DNA of 64,000 nucleotides from Candidatus Latescibacterota bacterium (GCA_965248265.1 CBDFJF010000001.1:352001-416000), one strand, 5' to 3'. Counted from the first letter of the stretch, positions 17,836 through 28,076 are shown. The notes: generated from the sequence alone by a model not told the origin. Numbers and translations: made by a program.

Positions 17836-20382
17836 ATGAAATGGACATTGGCAGCGGTAGCGTTGTTGATGGTGGGATGCGCGTGCTCGCCAGAGGCATC
17901 CGGGGCGGCTCCGGCGGACCGTCCGAGCGAGAACATTGCCTTGGGGGCGAGCTACACGATGGAGCCGGCGCCGAATTATGAGCATTGCACGGACGCCGCT
18001 GATGTCACGCAACTGACGGACGGGGTGTACCATCAAACGGAGGAAAGTCTCTGGACACAGCTGTCGACAGTGGGCTGGGCTAGAAAGAAGCCTGTGATCC
18101 TGACGCTGGACCTGGGTACGGTGAAGCCGATACGGGGTGTTTCGTTCCATACGGCGGCCGGTGTTGCGAACGCGAGGTGGCCGGAGGCGATCCTTATCTT
18201 CACGGCGGGTGAAGACAGGGAATTCCATGAGATCGGGGAGCTGGTGGGGTTGAGCGCGGCACACGGACCGCCCTTACCGACGGAGTATGGGACGTATGAG
18301 ACGCATTGGTACTGGACGGACCAGTTGCGGACGCACGGCCGCTATGTCTGCCTGGTTGTGTGGCCTGTGGGGCGGGTCGCGTTCGTGGACGAGATCGAGG
18401 TCTACGCGGGAGAGCCGGCGTGGGTGAATGAGCCGCTGCCGGGGCCGGGTTTTACGGACATGAAGGCGCATTCGGGCCAGCTCGCCATCCAGGCGGGGAT
18501 TCGGAGGCGCTTTGTGCAGGACATCCAGGCCCTGAGGAAGGCGGCCGAAGAGGACGGTGTCCCGGTCCAGACACGGCGCAACGTGCTTGGCGAGTTGGCG
18601 GCCGTGGAAGGGGAGTTGGGGCAGGCCTGCAGGGCGTACGGGGATGATTTCCGGGCCGTACTGCCGCTGAATTCATGGCATGAACGGGTGTTGCGTGCGC
18701 AGGCGTGGCTGTGGCGCGCCCAGGGTTTGGAGCCGCTCACGTTCTGGCGTTCGACTCTGTGGGATCCGCTTCCGCTCATCGGCATGCCGGACACGGCGGG
18801 GGAATTGGCCGTCGAGGTTCACCTGATGCGGAAGGAATACCGCGCGGCTGCGTTCAATGTCAGCAACAGCAGTGACGGGCCGATGCAGGTGAGGTTCCGG
18901 TTGAGCGGGCTTCCCGGGGGCGACAATCCGGGGTATGTGACTGTTCACGAGGTGGCCTGGACGGACACGCGGACCGGGGTGCCGGTGGCGGCGGCCCTGC
19001 CGGAGGTTTCTGCTGAGGACAATCTGTATACGGTGGCCGTGCCGTCGGGAATGACGCGGCAGGTGTGGTTGACCTTCCATCCGGTGGACGTTGAGCCGGG
19101 CGCGTATGAGGGCGAGGTCATCGTGGCGTCTGTGGCCGGGGGCAAGCGGTTTCCGCTGCGCATGCACCTGTATCCGCTGGATTTCCCGGAGAAGCAGTCG
19201 CTTCATCTGGGCGGATGGGACTATACGCATGAGATGGGCGGGTATCATACCAAGTTGGTGACGGAGCAGAACCAATCGCTGATCGTTCAGCACCTGCGCG
19301 AACGTTTCGTGGACTCGACGTGGGGTTCGCCTCGGCTGGTGAGTCCGTACTACGCGGATGTGCGGGGCACGTATGATGCGCAGGGGGCGACGACGGCGCC
19401 ACCCAACACGACCAAGTTTGATGCGTGGCTCGAGTTGTGGCCGGATGCAGCGCAATACCTCGTGTTCGTGAGAGTGGGCGATCGTTTCACGCATGCGGGC
19501 GACAAGTCCTTGGAGCCTCTCGACTCATGGGCCATGGGCACGCCGGAATTCGCGACGGCGGTGAAGGCATGGGTGACGTTCTGGGCGGGACATGCGGTGG
19601 AGAAGGGGTTGAAACCGGAACAGTTGGCGCTGCTGCTGGTGGATGAGCCTGATGAAGACCCGAAGCGGGACCATATCATTCTGGCGTGGGCGAAGGCTAT
19701 CCGGGAAGCGAATACGGGGGTCCGCATCTGGGAGAATCCGAACCACCGGGACATGAGCCAGGCCATGGAGGCGATGATAGATGCGTGCCATGTGTTGTGC
19801 CCGCACCTTGGTATCTTCCGGAATAGTAATACACCTATACGGCCTCCTGACGCGGCCCAGGAGTATCGCGACTATTACCTGAGGAAGCGCGATCAGGGGA
19901 TCGGGTTGGAGTTCTACAATGCTGATGGCCCGGCGCGGCTTCTGGATCCGTACGCGTATTACCGGCTTACGGGGTGGTGGTGTTGGCGCTATGGGGCGAC
20001 AGCGATGTACTTCTGGGCGTTGACCGACACGGGCGGTGCGTCATCGTGGAACGAGTATCTGACCGCGAAGATCGCGTACGCGCCTTTCTTCATCACGGAG
20101 GACTCGGTGACGGCTGGGAAACACCTGGAGGCGCAGCGGGAAGGGGTGGAGGATTACGAGTATTTCGCCATGTTGGATCGGGCGATCCGGGAGGCGTCTG
20201 CGCAGGGGGCGAGAGGTCCGGAGGTGGCGGAGGCGCGTCGGTTGCTGGAGAGCCTGCCGGCGAGTGTCTGTGAGGCGGCGGGCCAGGAGACCAATTGGCT
20301 GAGCGAGAACGTGGACCGCACGTTGGCGGACGAGGCGCGGATTCGGGTGTTGGCGGCGTTGACGAAACTGGCCGAGCGCTAG
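17836..20382 (+). CDS. Large lipoprotein with a discoidin/F5-8-like N-terminal domain and a DUF4091/glycoside-hydrolase-like C-terminal region
   Basis: Signal peptide MKWTLAAVALLMVGC, ENIALGASY..QLTDG, LDLG, FVDEIEVY, VDEP and REGVEDYEYF. Confidence 0.75.
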   Translation: MKWTLAAVALLMVGCACSPEASGAAPADRPSENIALGASYTMEPAPNYEHCTDAADVTQLTDGVYHQTEESLWTQLSTVGWARKKPVILTLDLGTVKPIRGVSFHTAAGVANARWPEAILIFTAGEDREFHEIGELVGLSAAHGPPLPTEYGTYETHWYWTDQLRTHGRYVCLVVWPVGRVAFVDEIEVYAGEPAWVNEPLPGPGFTDMKAHSGQLAIQAGIRRRFVQDIQALRKAAEEDGVPVQTRRNVLGELAAVEGELGQACRAYGDDFRAVLPLNSWHERVLRAQAWLWRAQGLEPLTFWRSTLWDPLPLIGMPDTAGELAVEVHLMRKEYRAAAFNVSNSSDGPMQVRFRLSGLPGGDNPGYVTVHEVAWTDTRTGVPVAAALPEVSAEDNLYTVAVPSGMTRQVWLTFHPVDVEPGAYEGEVIVASVAGGKRFPLRMHLYPLDFPEKQSLHLGGWDYTHEMGGYHTKLVTEQNQSLIVQHLRERFVDSTWGSPRLVSPYYADVRGTYDAQGATTAPPNTTKFDAWLELWPDAAQYLVFVRVGDRFTHAGDKSLEPLDSWAMGTPEFATAVKAWVTFWAGHAVEKGLKPEQLALLLVDEPDEDPKRDHIILAWAKAIREANTGVRIWENPNHRDMSQAMEAMIDACHVLCPHLGIFRNSNTPIRPPDAAQEYRDYYLRKRDQGIGLEFYNADGPARLLDPYAYYRLTGWWCWRYGATAMYFWALTDTGGASSWNEYLTAKIAYAPFFITEDSVTAGKHLEAQREGVEDYEYFAMLDRAIREASAQGARGPEVAEARRLLESLPASVCEAAGQETNWLSENVDRTLADEARIRVLAALTKLAER

Positions 20383-20416
20383 CTGGCGGTTCGTTTTCAA
20401 CCCAACACCCAGCCGT

Positions 20417-21184
20417 TCAGCCTCCGCTCCGCGCCCGCGCCGCTTCACGTTTTTTGGCCGCGTAGGTGTCGGTCTCGAGTTGCCAATAGAAGTCCGGGGT
20501 TCCTCCAGCGGTGGCCGACTCACCTTGAAGCCGAGCACGAACGCCCGCCGGGGTTCCTCGGAGGTGTTAGGCGGCGTGTAATGGCAGGTCTTGCTGTAGT
20601 GGAAGGTGGCTCCGCCAGCAGGCAGTGGGCAGGCAACGGCCGTCGACACGTCGAAGTAGCCCTCGTCCATCTCCAGGCCGTGGATTTTGGGATTGTTGTC
20701 GATGTGGTGATGTGGCGCCACCTCGGCGTGGTGGGTCTGGGGGATGAAATGCATGCACCCGTTTTCAAGGGTGGCCGGTTAGAGGGGCAACCACACGCTC
20801 AGGGCCAGATCGTTGCTGGCCGACGCCGACGCGCGCAGGTTTGAGGATGGCGTGAGCGCCCACGACGTGGCATCCCGGACCCAGCAGCTGAGTGCTGATC
20901 GCCAGGGCATTGGCCTCGTACAGCGTGTCCCGCAGATCGTCGGCGTACTTTCGGGGTTCCAGGATTTGCGGCAGAGCGGGCTCGGTGCCCTCCTCGTCCG
21001 GGCCGGCAAGGTCGTACTCGTGGCCCTCCTCGCGGCCGGCTCGGCGCGCGAAGATCTCGTCGTAGGCCGCGCGCATGCGCTCAATCTCTTCGTCGGTGGT
21101 GATGCGCTCTACGGCCAGGTATCCCTCTTCGTGGAAGAGGTCGACTTGCTCCTTGGTAATAGTGATCGTCGACTGCTGGCTCAT
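20417..21184 (-). pseudogene. Phytanoyl-CoA dioxygenase (PhyH) family pseudogene
   Basis: F.EEGYL N-terminus. A deletion plus frameshift near 20825 removes the WHQD metal motif, there is an in-frame TAA in SVWLPL*PATLENGCM, and a further frameshift near 20495. Confidence 0.8.
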
Positions 21185-21359
21185 GATATCGGATCCTGAG
21201 GTCACTACATCGTGGGCGAGGAGCGCGTCTAACCGGGGTTTGAGATCGATTCCAGATGGTTACGTGCGATAGCCTGCGACATAGGATTATGCTGACAAAA
21301 CCATATGCATGCTATGCGGTTATTGGTGTTGGCTCTCAATCGCGCGCCAGGGGATATGT

Positions 21360-22235
21360 ATGAACGATAATATAGCTGACATCGTTGAATCACCGGAAGC
21401 GGAGCTGCTTGCCACAGGCTTTACGAAGACGGAGGGGCCCGTGTGGCATCCCGACGGCTACCTGATGTTCACGGACTTCCCCAACAGTCGCATCTACCGC
21501 CTATTGACAGATGGAAGCACCGAGGTTATCCGAGAGAACAGCGGAGGCACCGATGGCATGACCCTCGACCTTCAAGGCCGGCTCGTCATGTGCGAATACC
21601 GCAACCGCTGTGTGACGCGCATGGAGTGCGATGGCTCTATCACGACAATCGCCAATAAGTGGGAAGGTCGGCGGTTGAATAAGCCCAACGACGTGGTAGG
21701 TCGTTCGGACGGGACGCTCTACATCACAGACTGTAACCCGGTCCTTGAAGAGCAAGGGATCGACGTAGACCACGGGATCGTCTACCGCATCACTCCGGAC
21801 GGCGAAGTGAGGGCTGCGATACCACGGATGGTGTACCCCAACGGGATAGCGCTATCCCCGGATGAGAGTATTCTCTACGTATCCGATAGTAGCTATGGCA
21901 TGTACATACTCGCCTGCGACGTCCTTCCCGACGGCTCCGTGGCCCATGAACGCGTGTTTGCCAACATGCCCTCCAATGAGGCTGGCAAGCCCGACGGCAT
22001 GAAGGTGGACGTCGAGGGCAGGGTCTACTGCACGGGTCCCGGCGGAACATGGGTATTCGCGCCTTCAGGAACATACCTGGGCACAATCCGCACCCCTGAG
22101 ATACCGCTCAACGTCGGGTGGGGTGGCCTGGACAACCGGACCATGTTCTTCACAACCCGCAACTGGAGGGGTGAAGGCGCGTCGGTCTACAGCATGAGAA
22201 TGAAGACAAAGGGGACAAGGATACCGATGGCGTAG
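21360..22235 (+). CDS. SMP-30/gluconolactonase/LRE family protein
   Basis: TEGPVW, LNKPND, PNGIALSPD and PDGMKVD motifs. Confidence 0.92.
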   Translation: MNDNIADIVESPEAELLATGFTKTEGPVWHPDGYLMFTDFPNSRIYRLLTDGSTEVIRENSGGTDGMTLDLQGRLVMCEYRNRCVTRMECDGSITTIANKWEGRRLNKPNDVVGRSDGTLYITDCNPVLEEQGIDVDHGIVYRITPDGEVRAAIPRMVYPNGIALSPDESILYVSDSSYGMYILACDVLPDGSVAHERVFANMPSNEAGKPDGMKVDVEGRVYCTGPGGTWVFAPSGTYLGTIRTPEIPLNVGWGGLDNRTMFFTTRNWRGEGASVYSMRMKTKGTRIPMA

Positions 22236-22303
22236 AGGTTTAGCGTGCTTCCACAGTGACGTGGAGTTTCAGGCCAGAAATACAGAATAGAGAAAGTACA
22301 AAT

Positions 22304-22330
22304 AAAAAGGCCCTCTTGCGAGGGCCTTTT
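22304..22330. terminator. Bidirectional intrinsic terminator downstream of tRNA-Asp
   Basis: AAAAAGGCCCTC-TTGC-GAGGGCCTTTT hairpin with A/T tails. Confidence 0.85.
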
Positions 22331-22333
22331 CAA

Positions 22334-22411
22334 TGGCGGGACCGACGAGACTCGAACTCGCGACCTCCGGCGTGACAGGCCGGCGTTCTAACCAAACTGA
22401 ACTACGGTCCC
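22334..22411 (-). tRNA. tRNA-Asp (GTC)
   Basis: Cloverleaf with acceptor GGGACCG/CGGTCCC, anticodon loop CTGTCAC, T-loop TTCGAGT and encoded CCA. Confidence 0.97.
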
Positions 22412-22431
22412 GCTTTCGTAATGACGCATGA

Positions 22432-22460
22432 AAACTACCGGTCAGCCGCTTTGTTGTCAA
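22432..22460 (-). promoter_or_regulatory. sigma70 promoter of tRNA-Asp
   Basis: TTGACA-17 nt-TAGTTT immediately upstream of the tRNA. Confidence 0.7.
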
Positions 22461-22478
22461 CGCTGAGTCGGCGCCTCA

Positions 22479-23015
22479 CTAGCCAACGGGCAGGTGCCTG
22501 CGATCCCAGGTTTCACCCTCTTTTTTCAAGCGCTTGAGAGCCCCGCGCAGCAGTTGCCGCTTGAGCGGGCTGATGTGATCGACGAAGAGGATGCCGTCGA
22601 GGTGGTCGATCTCGTGCTGCAGAACGCGGGCGTAAAAGCCTTCGGCGCTGAACTTGAATCGAGCGCCGTCGCGATCGAGCGCTTCCACCTCGATGTTGGT
22701 GTAGCGCTTCACATCGCCGTACACCTCCGGGATACTGAGGCAGCCCTCCTCGGCGATTGACATGCCCTCGCCGATGGTGATGCGCGGATCGATGAGGGCA
22801 AGGGGCGGGAGGTCCTTTTCCGAGGCGGATACATCGACGACGATGACTCGCTGCGAGACGCCAATCTGGGGCGCCGCCAGTCCGACGCCGTCGGCTTCTT
22901 CCAGCGAGTCGAACAAGTCCTGGATCAGAGACTTCGTCGCGGCGTTGACGCCATCCACGGGATCGGCTTTTCGACGGAGTACTTTGGAGCCGTATTTGAT
23001 GATTTCCCGAATCAC
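22479..23015 (-). CDS. def: Peptide deformylase
   Basis: GVGLAAPQIG, EGCLS and QHEIDHLDG motifs. Confidence 0.96.
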   Translation of the reverse strand: MIREIIKYGSKVLRRKADPVDGVNAATKSLIQDLFDSLEEADGVGLAAPQIGVSQRVIVVDVSASEKDLPPLALIDPRITIGEGMSIAEEGCLSIPEVYGDVKRYTNIEVEALDRDGARFKFSAEGFYARVLQHEIDHLDGILFVDHISPLKRQLLRGALKRLKKEGETWDRRHLPVG

Positions 23016-23017
23016 GA

Positions 23018-24076
23018 TCAGGTGGTCAATTGCAAGGCGACGTAGTGAACGTCTGGCGCGGAAATGGACTGCTGCACGAACTCGGCGCGAAGCTCCGGCT
23101 CGGTCAGGCGTGAGATGTCCGCACTCTCCAGCTGTACGACCAGAATCTGTCCATGGCGCGTGTCGGCGAGTGGTTCCAGATGCGGCAGTCGCTCGGTATC
23201 GGCGGCGCTTGAGACGGTCGAAGCGTCAATCGTCAACACCTCATTCAGACTGCCTGAGCGAAACCCGCGCAGGTCGAGGACGGCCAGCGTGTAACCCAAC
23301 CCTGTCAGTTCGGTGGCGACTTCCGCTCGCAGCGCCGCATCAGACAGCATCAACGGCATCTGCTCGGGCATGAGCTCGATTCGTGCGATGTCGTCATGGT
23401 GGCGTACCCGCAGCTGGGTGAATCCGTGCTCCCGCAACATGCGCTCGGCGTTGTCGATCATGCGCAGACCACGCGCCGTCACGGGTGTGCCGTACGGGAA
23501 GCGGGAGGACAGGCAGGCGGTCGCCGGGCGGTCCCACACCGGGATGTCCCAACTCCGGGCAAGCTCGCGCACGTCCGCTTTCGTCATGGTTGCCTCCAGA
23601 AGGGGCGCCCGCACGCCGAACTCGGTGGCAGCCTGAGCGCCGGGGCGAAAATCGCCCACGTCATCGGCATTCTGACCATAGAGCAGGTAGTCGACACCTT
23701 CTTCGATAGCGATTTTTCGCATGTGGGTGAACAGCTCGTGCTTGCAGAAGTAGCATCGGTTGACCGGGTTGCTGGCATAATCCGGATTGTCCAGCTCACG
23801 CGTGTGGACGATGCGGTGGGGAATGCCAAACTGCTGGACGATGGCAGTAGCGGCCTCCAGTTCTCCACGGGCGTAGCTTTCCGAATCCGCGGTAACAGCA
23901 ATGGCGTCGTCGCCGAGCACGCGGTGTGCGGCTACGGCCAGCATGGCGCTGTCTACGCCGCCCGAGTAGGCGACCAACACCCGCCCCATCGAGCTAAGCG
24001 CCTCTTCCAATGAGCGCAGCTTGGTCTGGAGGGCTGCCCTGGTCGCGGCGTCGACGGCGGCAGAGGTCGTTGTCAT
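23018..24076 (-). CDS. larE: ATP-dependent sulfur transferase LarE with a C-terminal extension
   Basis: PP-loop AYSGGVDS, NRCYFCK, FRPG, ACLSSRFPYG, QLRVRHH and GFRSGSLN. Confidence 0.9.
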   Translation of the reverse strand: MTTTSAAVDAATRAALQTKLRSLEEALSSMGRVLVAYSGGVDSAMLAVAAHRVLGDDAIAVTADSESYARGELEAATAIVQQFGIPHRIVHTRELDNPDYASNPVNRCYFCKHELFTHMRKIAIEEGVDYLLYGQNADDVGDFRPGAQAATEFGVRAPLLEATMTKADVRELARSWDIPVWDRPATACLSSRFPYGTPVTARGLRMIDNAERMLREHGFTQLRVRHHDDIARIELMPEQMPLMLSDAALRAEVATELTGLGYTLAVLDLRGFRSGSLNEVLTIDASTVSSAADTERLPHLEPLADTRHGQILVVQLESADISRLTEPELRAEFVQQSISAPDVHYVALQLTT

Positions 24077-24080
24077 CGCA

Positions 24081-25514
24081 TCAATCATCGTCAGAGACAG
24101 CACACGGCATCAGAACCGCGTCCGTCATGCCGTGGAGTATCTTCTTGTCCGCAGGACAGACGATGGCCTGCATACCGGCCAACTGAGCCTGACCATCGTG
24201 GATGAAGTAGTAGGGCCGCAACAAGGCTCGTCCGTGCATCGTCCGCATCGAGTCTTTGTAAAAGTCGTAATAGTGGGCCTCGATACGGGCGGCTTTCTGA
24301 AAGGCCTGCAACAGGTATGGGCTTACCGGAAAGCTGTCCAGCGCCGTTTGAACCGCGTCGCCCCAAACTTGCTCCGGCTCGTCGTGGCCAATGGTGACCC
24401 CTTTACTGTGGTATGCAAGGTCTGAGAAGCCAGACGGCTTGACCACCAGCTCGCGCTCCTTCTTGGTACATTTCTTTAGCTCTTCCCACGTGCTCACCGG
24501 CCGCCCACTCAGCGCCAAGTCAGGGATCACGGTGTGTGGCGGAGAGGGGGTGGAATCGAGTACCCAGGTGCGCGGAATCAGATCTTGCAGGCTGGACCAG
24601 GAGTCGTGTCCGAGTTCCGTTTCCCAGAACGCACGAAGCTGCGGATGGTGAAACAGGGCCATCCACATCTTCTCCTCCAAGTAGGCCTTCATCGGCGGGG
24701 TGACGCGGACGGCGTTCTTCTTGGAGAAGTAGGTGATGAGCTCCGCTTTCGGGATGTTGGCCAGATCGAACAGCTCAAAGAAGCGGTAGACGATGTCGAT
24801 ACGGATCCGAGTATCGCCATCGGCGACCATGATGCCATCGTCGTCGACGTGAAGGTCACGTGGATGGCAACAGTGCACGGGCAAGCCGCTGTCTCTCAAA
24901 TGGCGGGCCAACCATTCGAACTCTTCGCGATAGGCCTCCGATTCGTCCGAGACCACCACCGCGACTACCGGTTCATCGTGCGGGAACGAGCTGCGTATGG
25001 CTTCGTACAGGCCTCGCGGCAGACCGTCTGCGCCGCCGATAATGTCGTACCCAATATCGGCGTAGAGCCGGGAGATCTGGCCGGTGAAGCCGATGCCCCC
25101 GGGGACTGAGTCGAGTTCGGTCACACGGACGCCGTCAGCGGTGAGCAATAAATCAGGCCGTATGACCAGAGGCAGGTGCGATTTGACGCGATTCATCCTG
25201 CCCAGATCGATGATCCGGTCGGGCTTGCCGGCATCCAGGTAGCGATGAATCCACGCCGGCTGAATGCCCTTGACGCTTTGCTGATAAAGCAGGTTGGATA
25301 CCTGGTAGAAGCGGTACAGGACGGGACCCAGATCGACCAGGAACTGATGTTGCTTTGGAGTCAACCAGAACGGCTCGGGTGAGATACGCCATGGCAGACG
25401 GCTGTCGGGATGGACGTTGCTGCGGTCACCCTGGAAGAGTCCGCCCTCCGGTGAGCGCTCGTTGATTCGAAGGCAGAGGGTCTTGGGGTCGGTCTCGGTA
25501 ATGGCGTGTGACAT
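24081..25514 (-). CDS. Uncharacterised ATP-grasp-like (glutathionylspermidine-synthase / circularly permuted type) protein
   Basis: RPDLLLT..ELDSVPGGIG, VYRFFELFD, LVVKPSGFS and YLLQAF resemble CP-ATP-grasp ligase motifs. Confidence 0.6.
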   Translation of the reverse strand: MSHAITETDPKTLCLRINERSPEGGLFQGDRSNVHPDSRLPWRISPEPFWLTPKQHQFLVDLGPVLYRFYQVSNLLYQQSVKGIQPAWIHRYLDAGKPDRIIDLGRMNRVKSHLPLVIRPDLLLTADGVRVTELDSVPGGIGFTGQISRLYADIGYDIIGGADGLPRGLYEAIRSSFPHDEPVVAVVVSDESEAYREEFEWLARHLRDSGLPVHCCHPRDLHVDDDGIMVADGDTRIRIDIVYRFFELFDLANIPKAELITYFSKKNAVRVTPPMKAYLEEKMWMALFHHPQLRAFWETELGHDSWSSLQDLIPRTWVLDSTPSPPHTVIPDLALSGRPVSTWEELKKCTKKERELVVKPSGFSDLAYHSKGVTIGHDEPEQVWGDAVQTALDSFPVSPYLLQAFQKAARIEAHYYDFYKDSMRTMHGRALLRPYYFIHDGQAQLAGMQAIVCPADKKILHGMTDAVLMPCAVSDDD

Positions 25515-25709
25515 CGAGAAATCGCGCGTTGGGCGGTGTGAACCTGGTCTGAAAAAGCGGCTGTAAATGTAGATTAATGAAGTATCTAGGTCAATTTCAT
25601 CATGGTGTAACAGCACATCATCTGTACCTTATCATTTGTCGCGGTCGATGCAGCTGAGCGCACGACCAAAGCCAAGCCGTCCACCGGGATTGAGACAGAG
25701 GCAAGGATC

Positions 25710-26528
25710 ATGCAGAAGACGCTCGATGGCAAACGGGTCCTTGTCACGGGCGGCGGTCGGGGCATCGGCCGAGCCATCGCTCTTGCCATGGCCGCGGAGG
25801 GGGCAAGCGTGGCCGTGCTGGCGCGCACGGGTGATCAGGTCGATGCGGTTGCTGCCGAGATCACGCAACTCGGTAGCCAGGCGCTGGCCGTGCGCGCCGA
25901 CCTTTCGCGCGACGATGAGGTGGAGGCCGGGATCGCCCAGGTGCTCTCTGAGTGGGGTGGCATCGACGTCCTCGTCAACAACGCAGGCATGCTGGGTCCA
26001 GTCGGACTCACTCAGGACCTCGACCCCGAAGCTTGGACGGCCATGTTCCAGGTCAACCTGTTTTCTTGCTTCAGGTGTGCGCAGTTGGTTCTCCCGGGAA
26101 TGATCGAACGCAACCAGGGCAAGATCATCAATCTGTCCGGGGGCGGTGCTGTCGATCCTCGACCTCGCTTCAGCGCCTACGCGGCTTCCAAGGCGGGCGT
26201 GGTGCGGTTCACGGAAACGCTGGCAGCGGAAGTGGCTGAACTAAATATCGATGTCAATGCGATCGCCCCCGGCGCGATTCACACCAGGATGGTGGACGAG
26301 CTTCTGAACGCCAGTGGCGCGGTTGAAGAGGACCGCACTGAAGCGCAGCAGATCATCGACAAGGGGCAGGAACCGGATCGCGCGGCCGCGCTGGCGGCGT
26401 TCCTGGCGTCTTCGCGCTCTGATGGTTTGTCGGGCCGGCTAATCAGTGCGATCTGGGACGATTGGGAAAACCTGGACGTCGGGACTGTCATGAGTTCGGA
26501 TCGATTTACGGTGCGCAGACTAACATGA
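25710..26528 (+). CDS. SDR family oxidoreductase
   Basis: TGGGRGIG, NNAG and YAASK. Confidence 0.92.
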   Translation: MQKTLDGKRVLVTGGGRGIGRAIALAMAAEGASVAVLARTGDQVDAVAAEITQLGSQALAVRADLSRDDEVEAGIAQVLSEWGGIDVLVNNAGMLGPVGLTQDLDPEAWTAMFQVNLFSCFRCAQLVLPGMIERNQGKIINLSGGGAVDPRPRFSAYAASKAGVVRFTETLAAEVAELNIDVNAIAPGAIHTRMVDELLNASGAVEEDRTEAQQIIDKGQEPDRAAALAAFLASSRSDGLSGRLISAIWDDWENLDVGTVMSSDRFTVRRLT

Positions 26529-26559
26529 GGGCGCGAAGGCGACAAATGGGGACCCAGCA

Positions 26560-27597
26560 ATGATGCGTGTGGGCTTGATCGGTTCGGGGGGAGCCGGTTC
26601 AAAGCGGGCCAAGGCGATCGTCGCGGACGGCCGGGCCCGACTGGTGGCCATCTGTGATCGCGATCGCCAGGCGGCTCAGCTGTTGGCCGCACAGACCAGC
26701 GACTGTAGCATCCACGATTCGTGGATGGAGATAACCGACAACCCGGAAATCGACATCGTCGTGGTTTCGACCACCCACGACAGCTTATCAGAAATCAGTC
26801 GCCACGCGTTGAAGCAAGGAAAGCATGTGCTGTGCGAGAAGCCCCTCGGGCGCCACCCCAGCGAGGTTCACCGGGCTGTCGAGGCGGCACAGGAAGCAGG
26901 ACGCTGCCTTGGTGCCGGCTACAATCACCGATTCCATCCGGCGGTCGCCAGGGTGCGACAGGCCTTCCTGGAGGGGGACATCGGGCCTATCGAATTCATC
27001 CGGGCCCGCTACGGTCATGGCGGCCGTCCCGGGTACGATCGCGAGTGGCGTGCCGATCCGGCGCGCTCGGGAGGAGGGGAGTTACTCGATCAGGGCGTCC
27101 ATTTGATCGATCTGTGCCTGTGGTTCATGGATCCGGTGCACACGGTCAGCGGGTGCACGACCACCAGCCATTGGGACATCGCCCCGCTTGAAGACAATGC
27201 GTTCGGGCTCCTCCAATCCGAATCCGGTCAGATCGCCTCAATCCACGCCAGTTGGACCCAGTGGAAGAACCTGTTCTGCTTCGAGGTCTTCGGACGCGAC
27301 GGCTACGGCATCGCCCGGGGGCTCGGTGGTTCATACGGCCCTGAGTCCGCCGTGATCGGGCGGCGCAACCGTCAAGGTGGGGCGCCCGAGAAAGAGGAGC
27401 GCTTCGAGTTTGGTGGAGATGATCTGTCGTGGCAGCTGGAGTGGAGCGCGTTTCTGCACCAGATCGAGTCAGCGGCCGACGACTTTGACCCCACCGGGGC
27501 CACCGGCCGCGACGCTTTGGTCACGATTCAGTGGGCTTTTCGTCTTTATCAAGCAGCGCGGGAAGGACGGGCCAGCAGCGTGGACGAACATCCATAG
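26560..27597 (+). CDS. Gfo/Idh/MocA family oxidoreductase
   Basis: GLIGSG, HVLCEKP, GYNHRF and GGGELLDQGVHLID. Confidence 0.92.
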   Translation: MMRVGLIGSGGAGSKRAKAIVADGRARLVAICDRDRQAAQLLAAQTSDCSIHDSWMEITDNPEIDIVVVSTTHDSLSEISRHALKQGKHVLCEKPLGRHPSEVHRAVEAAQEAGRCLGAGYNHRFHPAVARVRQAFLEGDIGPIEFIRARYGHGGRPGYDREWRADPARSGGGELLDQGVHLIDLCLWFMDPVHTVSGCTTTSHWDIAPLEDNAFGLLQSESGQIASIHASWTQWKNLFCFEVFGRDGYGIARGLGGSYGPESAVIGRRNRQGGAPEKEERFEFGGDDLSWQLEWSAFLHQIESAADDFDPTGATGRDALVTIQWAFRLYQAAREGRASSVDEHP

Positions 27598-27638
27598 TTC
27601 CGTCTTCGCCACCGCTGCGGCCTTGTTTCTGCCTGTAT

Positions 27639-27651
27639 TATCAACCACTTG
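27639..27651 (+). promoter_or_regulatory. IHF-consensus site
   Basis: TATCAACCACTTG matches WATCAANNNNTTR exactly and lies in an intergenic region. Confidence 0.45.
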
Positions 27652-27817
27652 GGAAGGAGCACCGGGTTGCCGGGCGGCGCGAAATCCGGACGATTTTGGG
27701 GAGCCGTGTTCACGGCCAAGGCTCTTCATTTTTTTCTAAAATCAGAGAAAAATGCCGTACATTGAGTACGGATTGAACAAGCTAAATCATCCGTCCATGT
27801 CAAACCTGGAAAGGCCT

Positions 27818-28057
27818 ATGAGACCTGATCAGGATGCAGCGCAGACGGAAAGAGTCTCTCTTGCGTACCGCCGGTTGGCTAACGCCATGATCTTGAGCAC
27901 ATTGAGGGAGATCTCTAAGACCGGGGATGACGAAGTCCCCGAAGTTGCCTTCGTGGAGAGTCGTCGGATCGATGCCTGGTGTGAGCTTGCCGGATTGGAG
28001 CCTGATCTGGTCAGGCGTGCGGCTCGCAGGCTGGTCGGAGAGGAAGCTCTCCCATAG
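27818..28057 (+). CDS. Small hypothetical protein
   Basis: RBS GGAAAGG, a 79 aa helical ORF, and a strong terminator downstream. Confidence 0.6.
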   Translation: MRPDQDAAQTERVSLAYRRLANAMILSTLREISKTGDDEVPEVAFVESRRIDAWCELAGLEPDLVRRAARRLVGEEALP

Positions 28058-28076
28058 AAGGAGGAAGATTTCGAAT

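Noticed and set aside
20779-20781. Selenocysteine read-through of in-frame stops (selA is present)
   Set aside because: The premature stops here and at 59162 are TAA, not TGA, and come with frameshifts.
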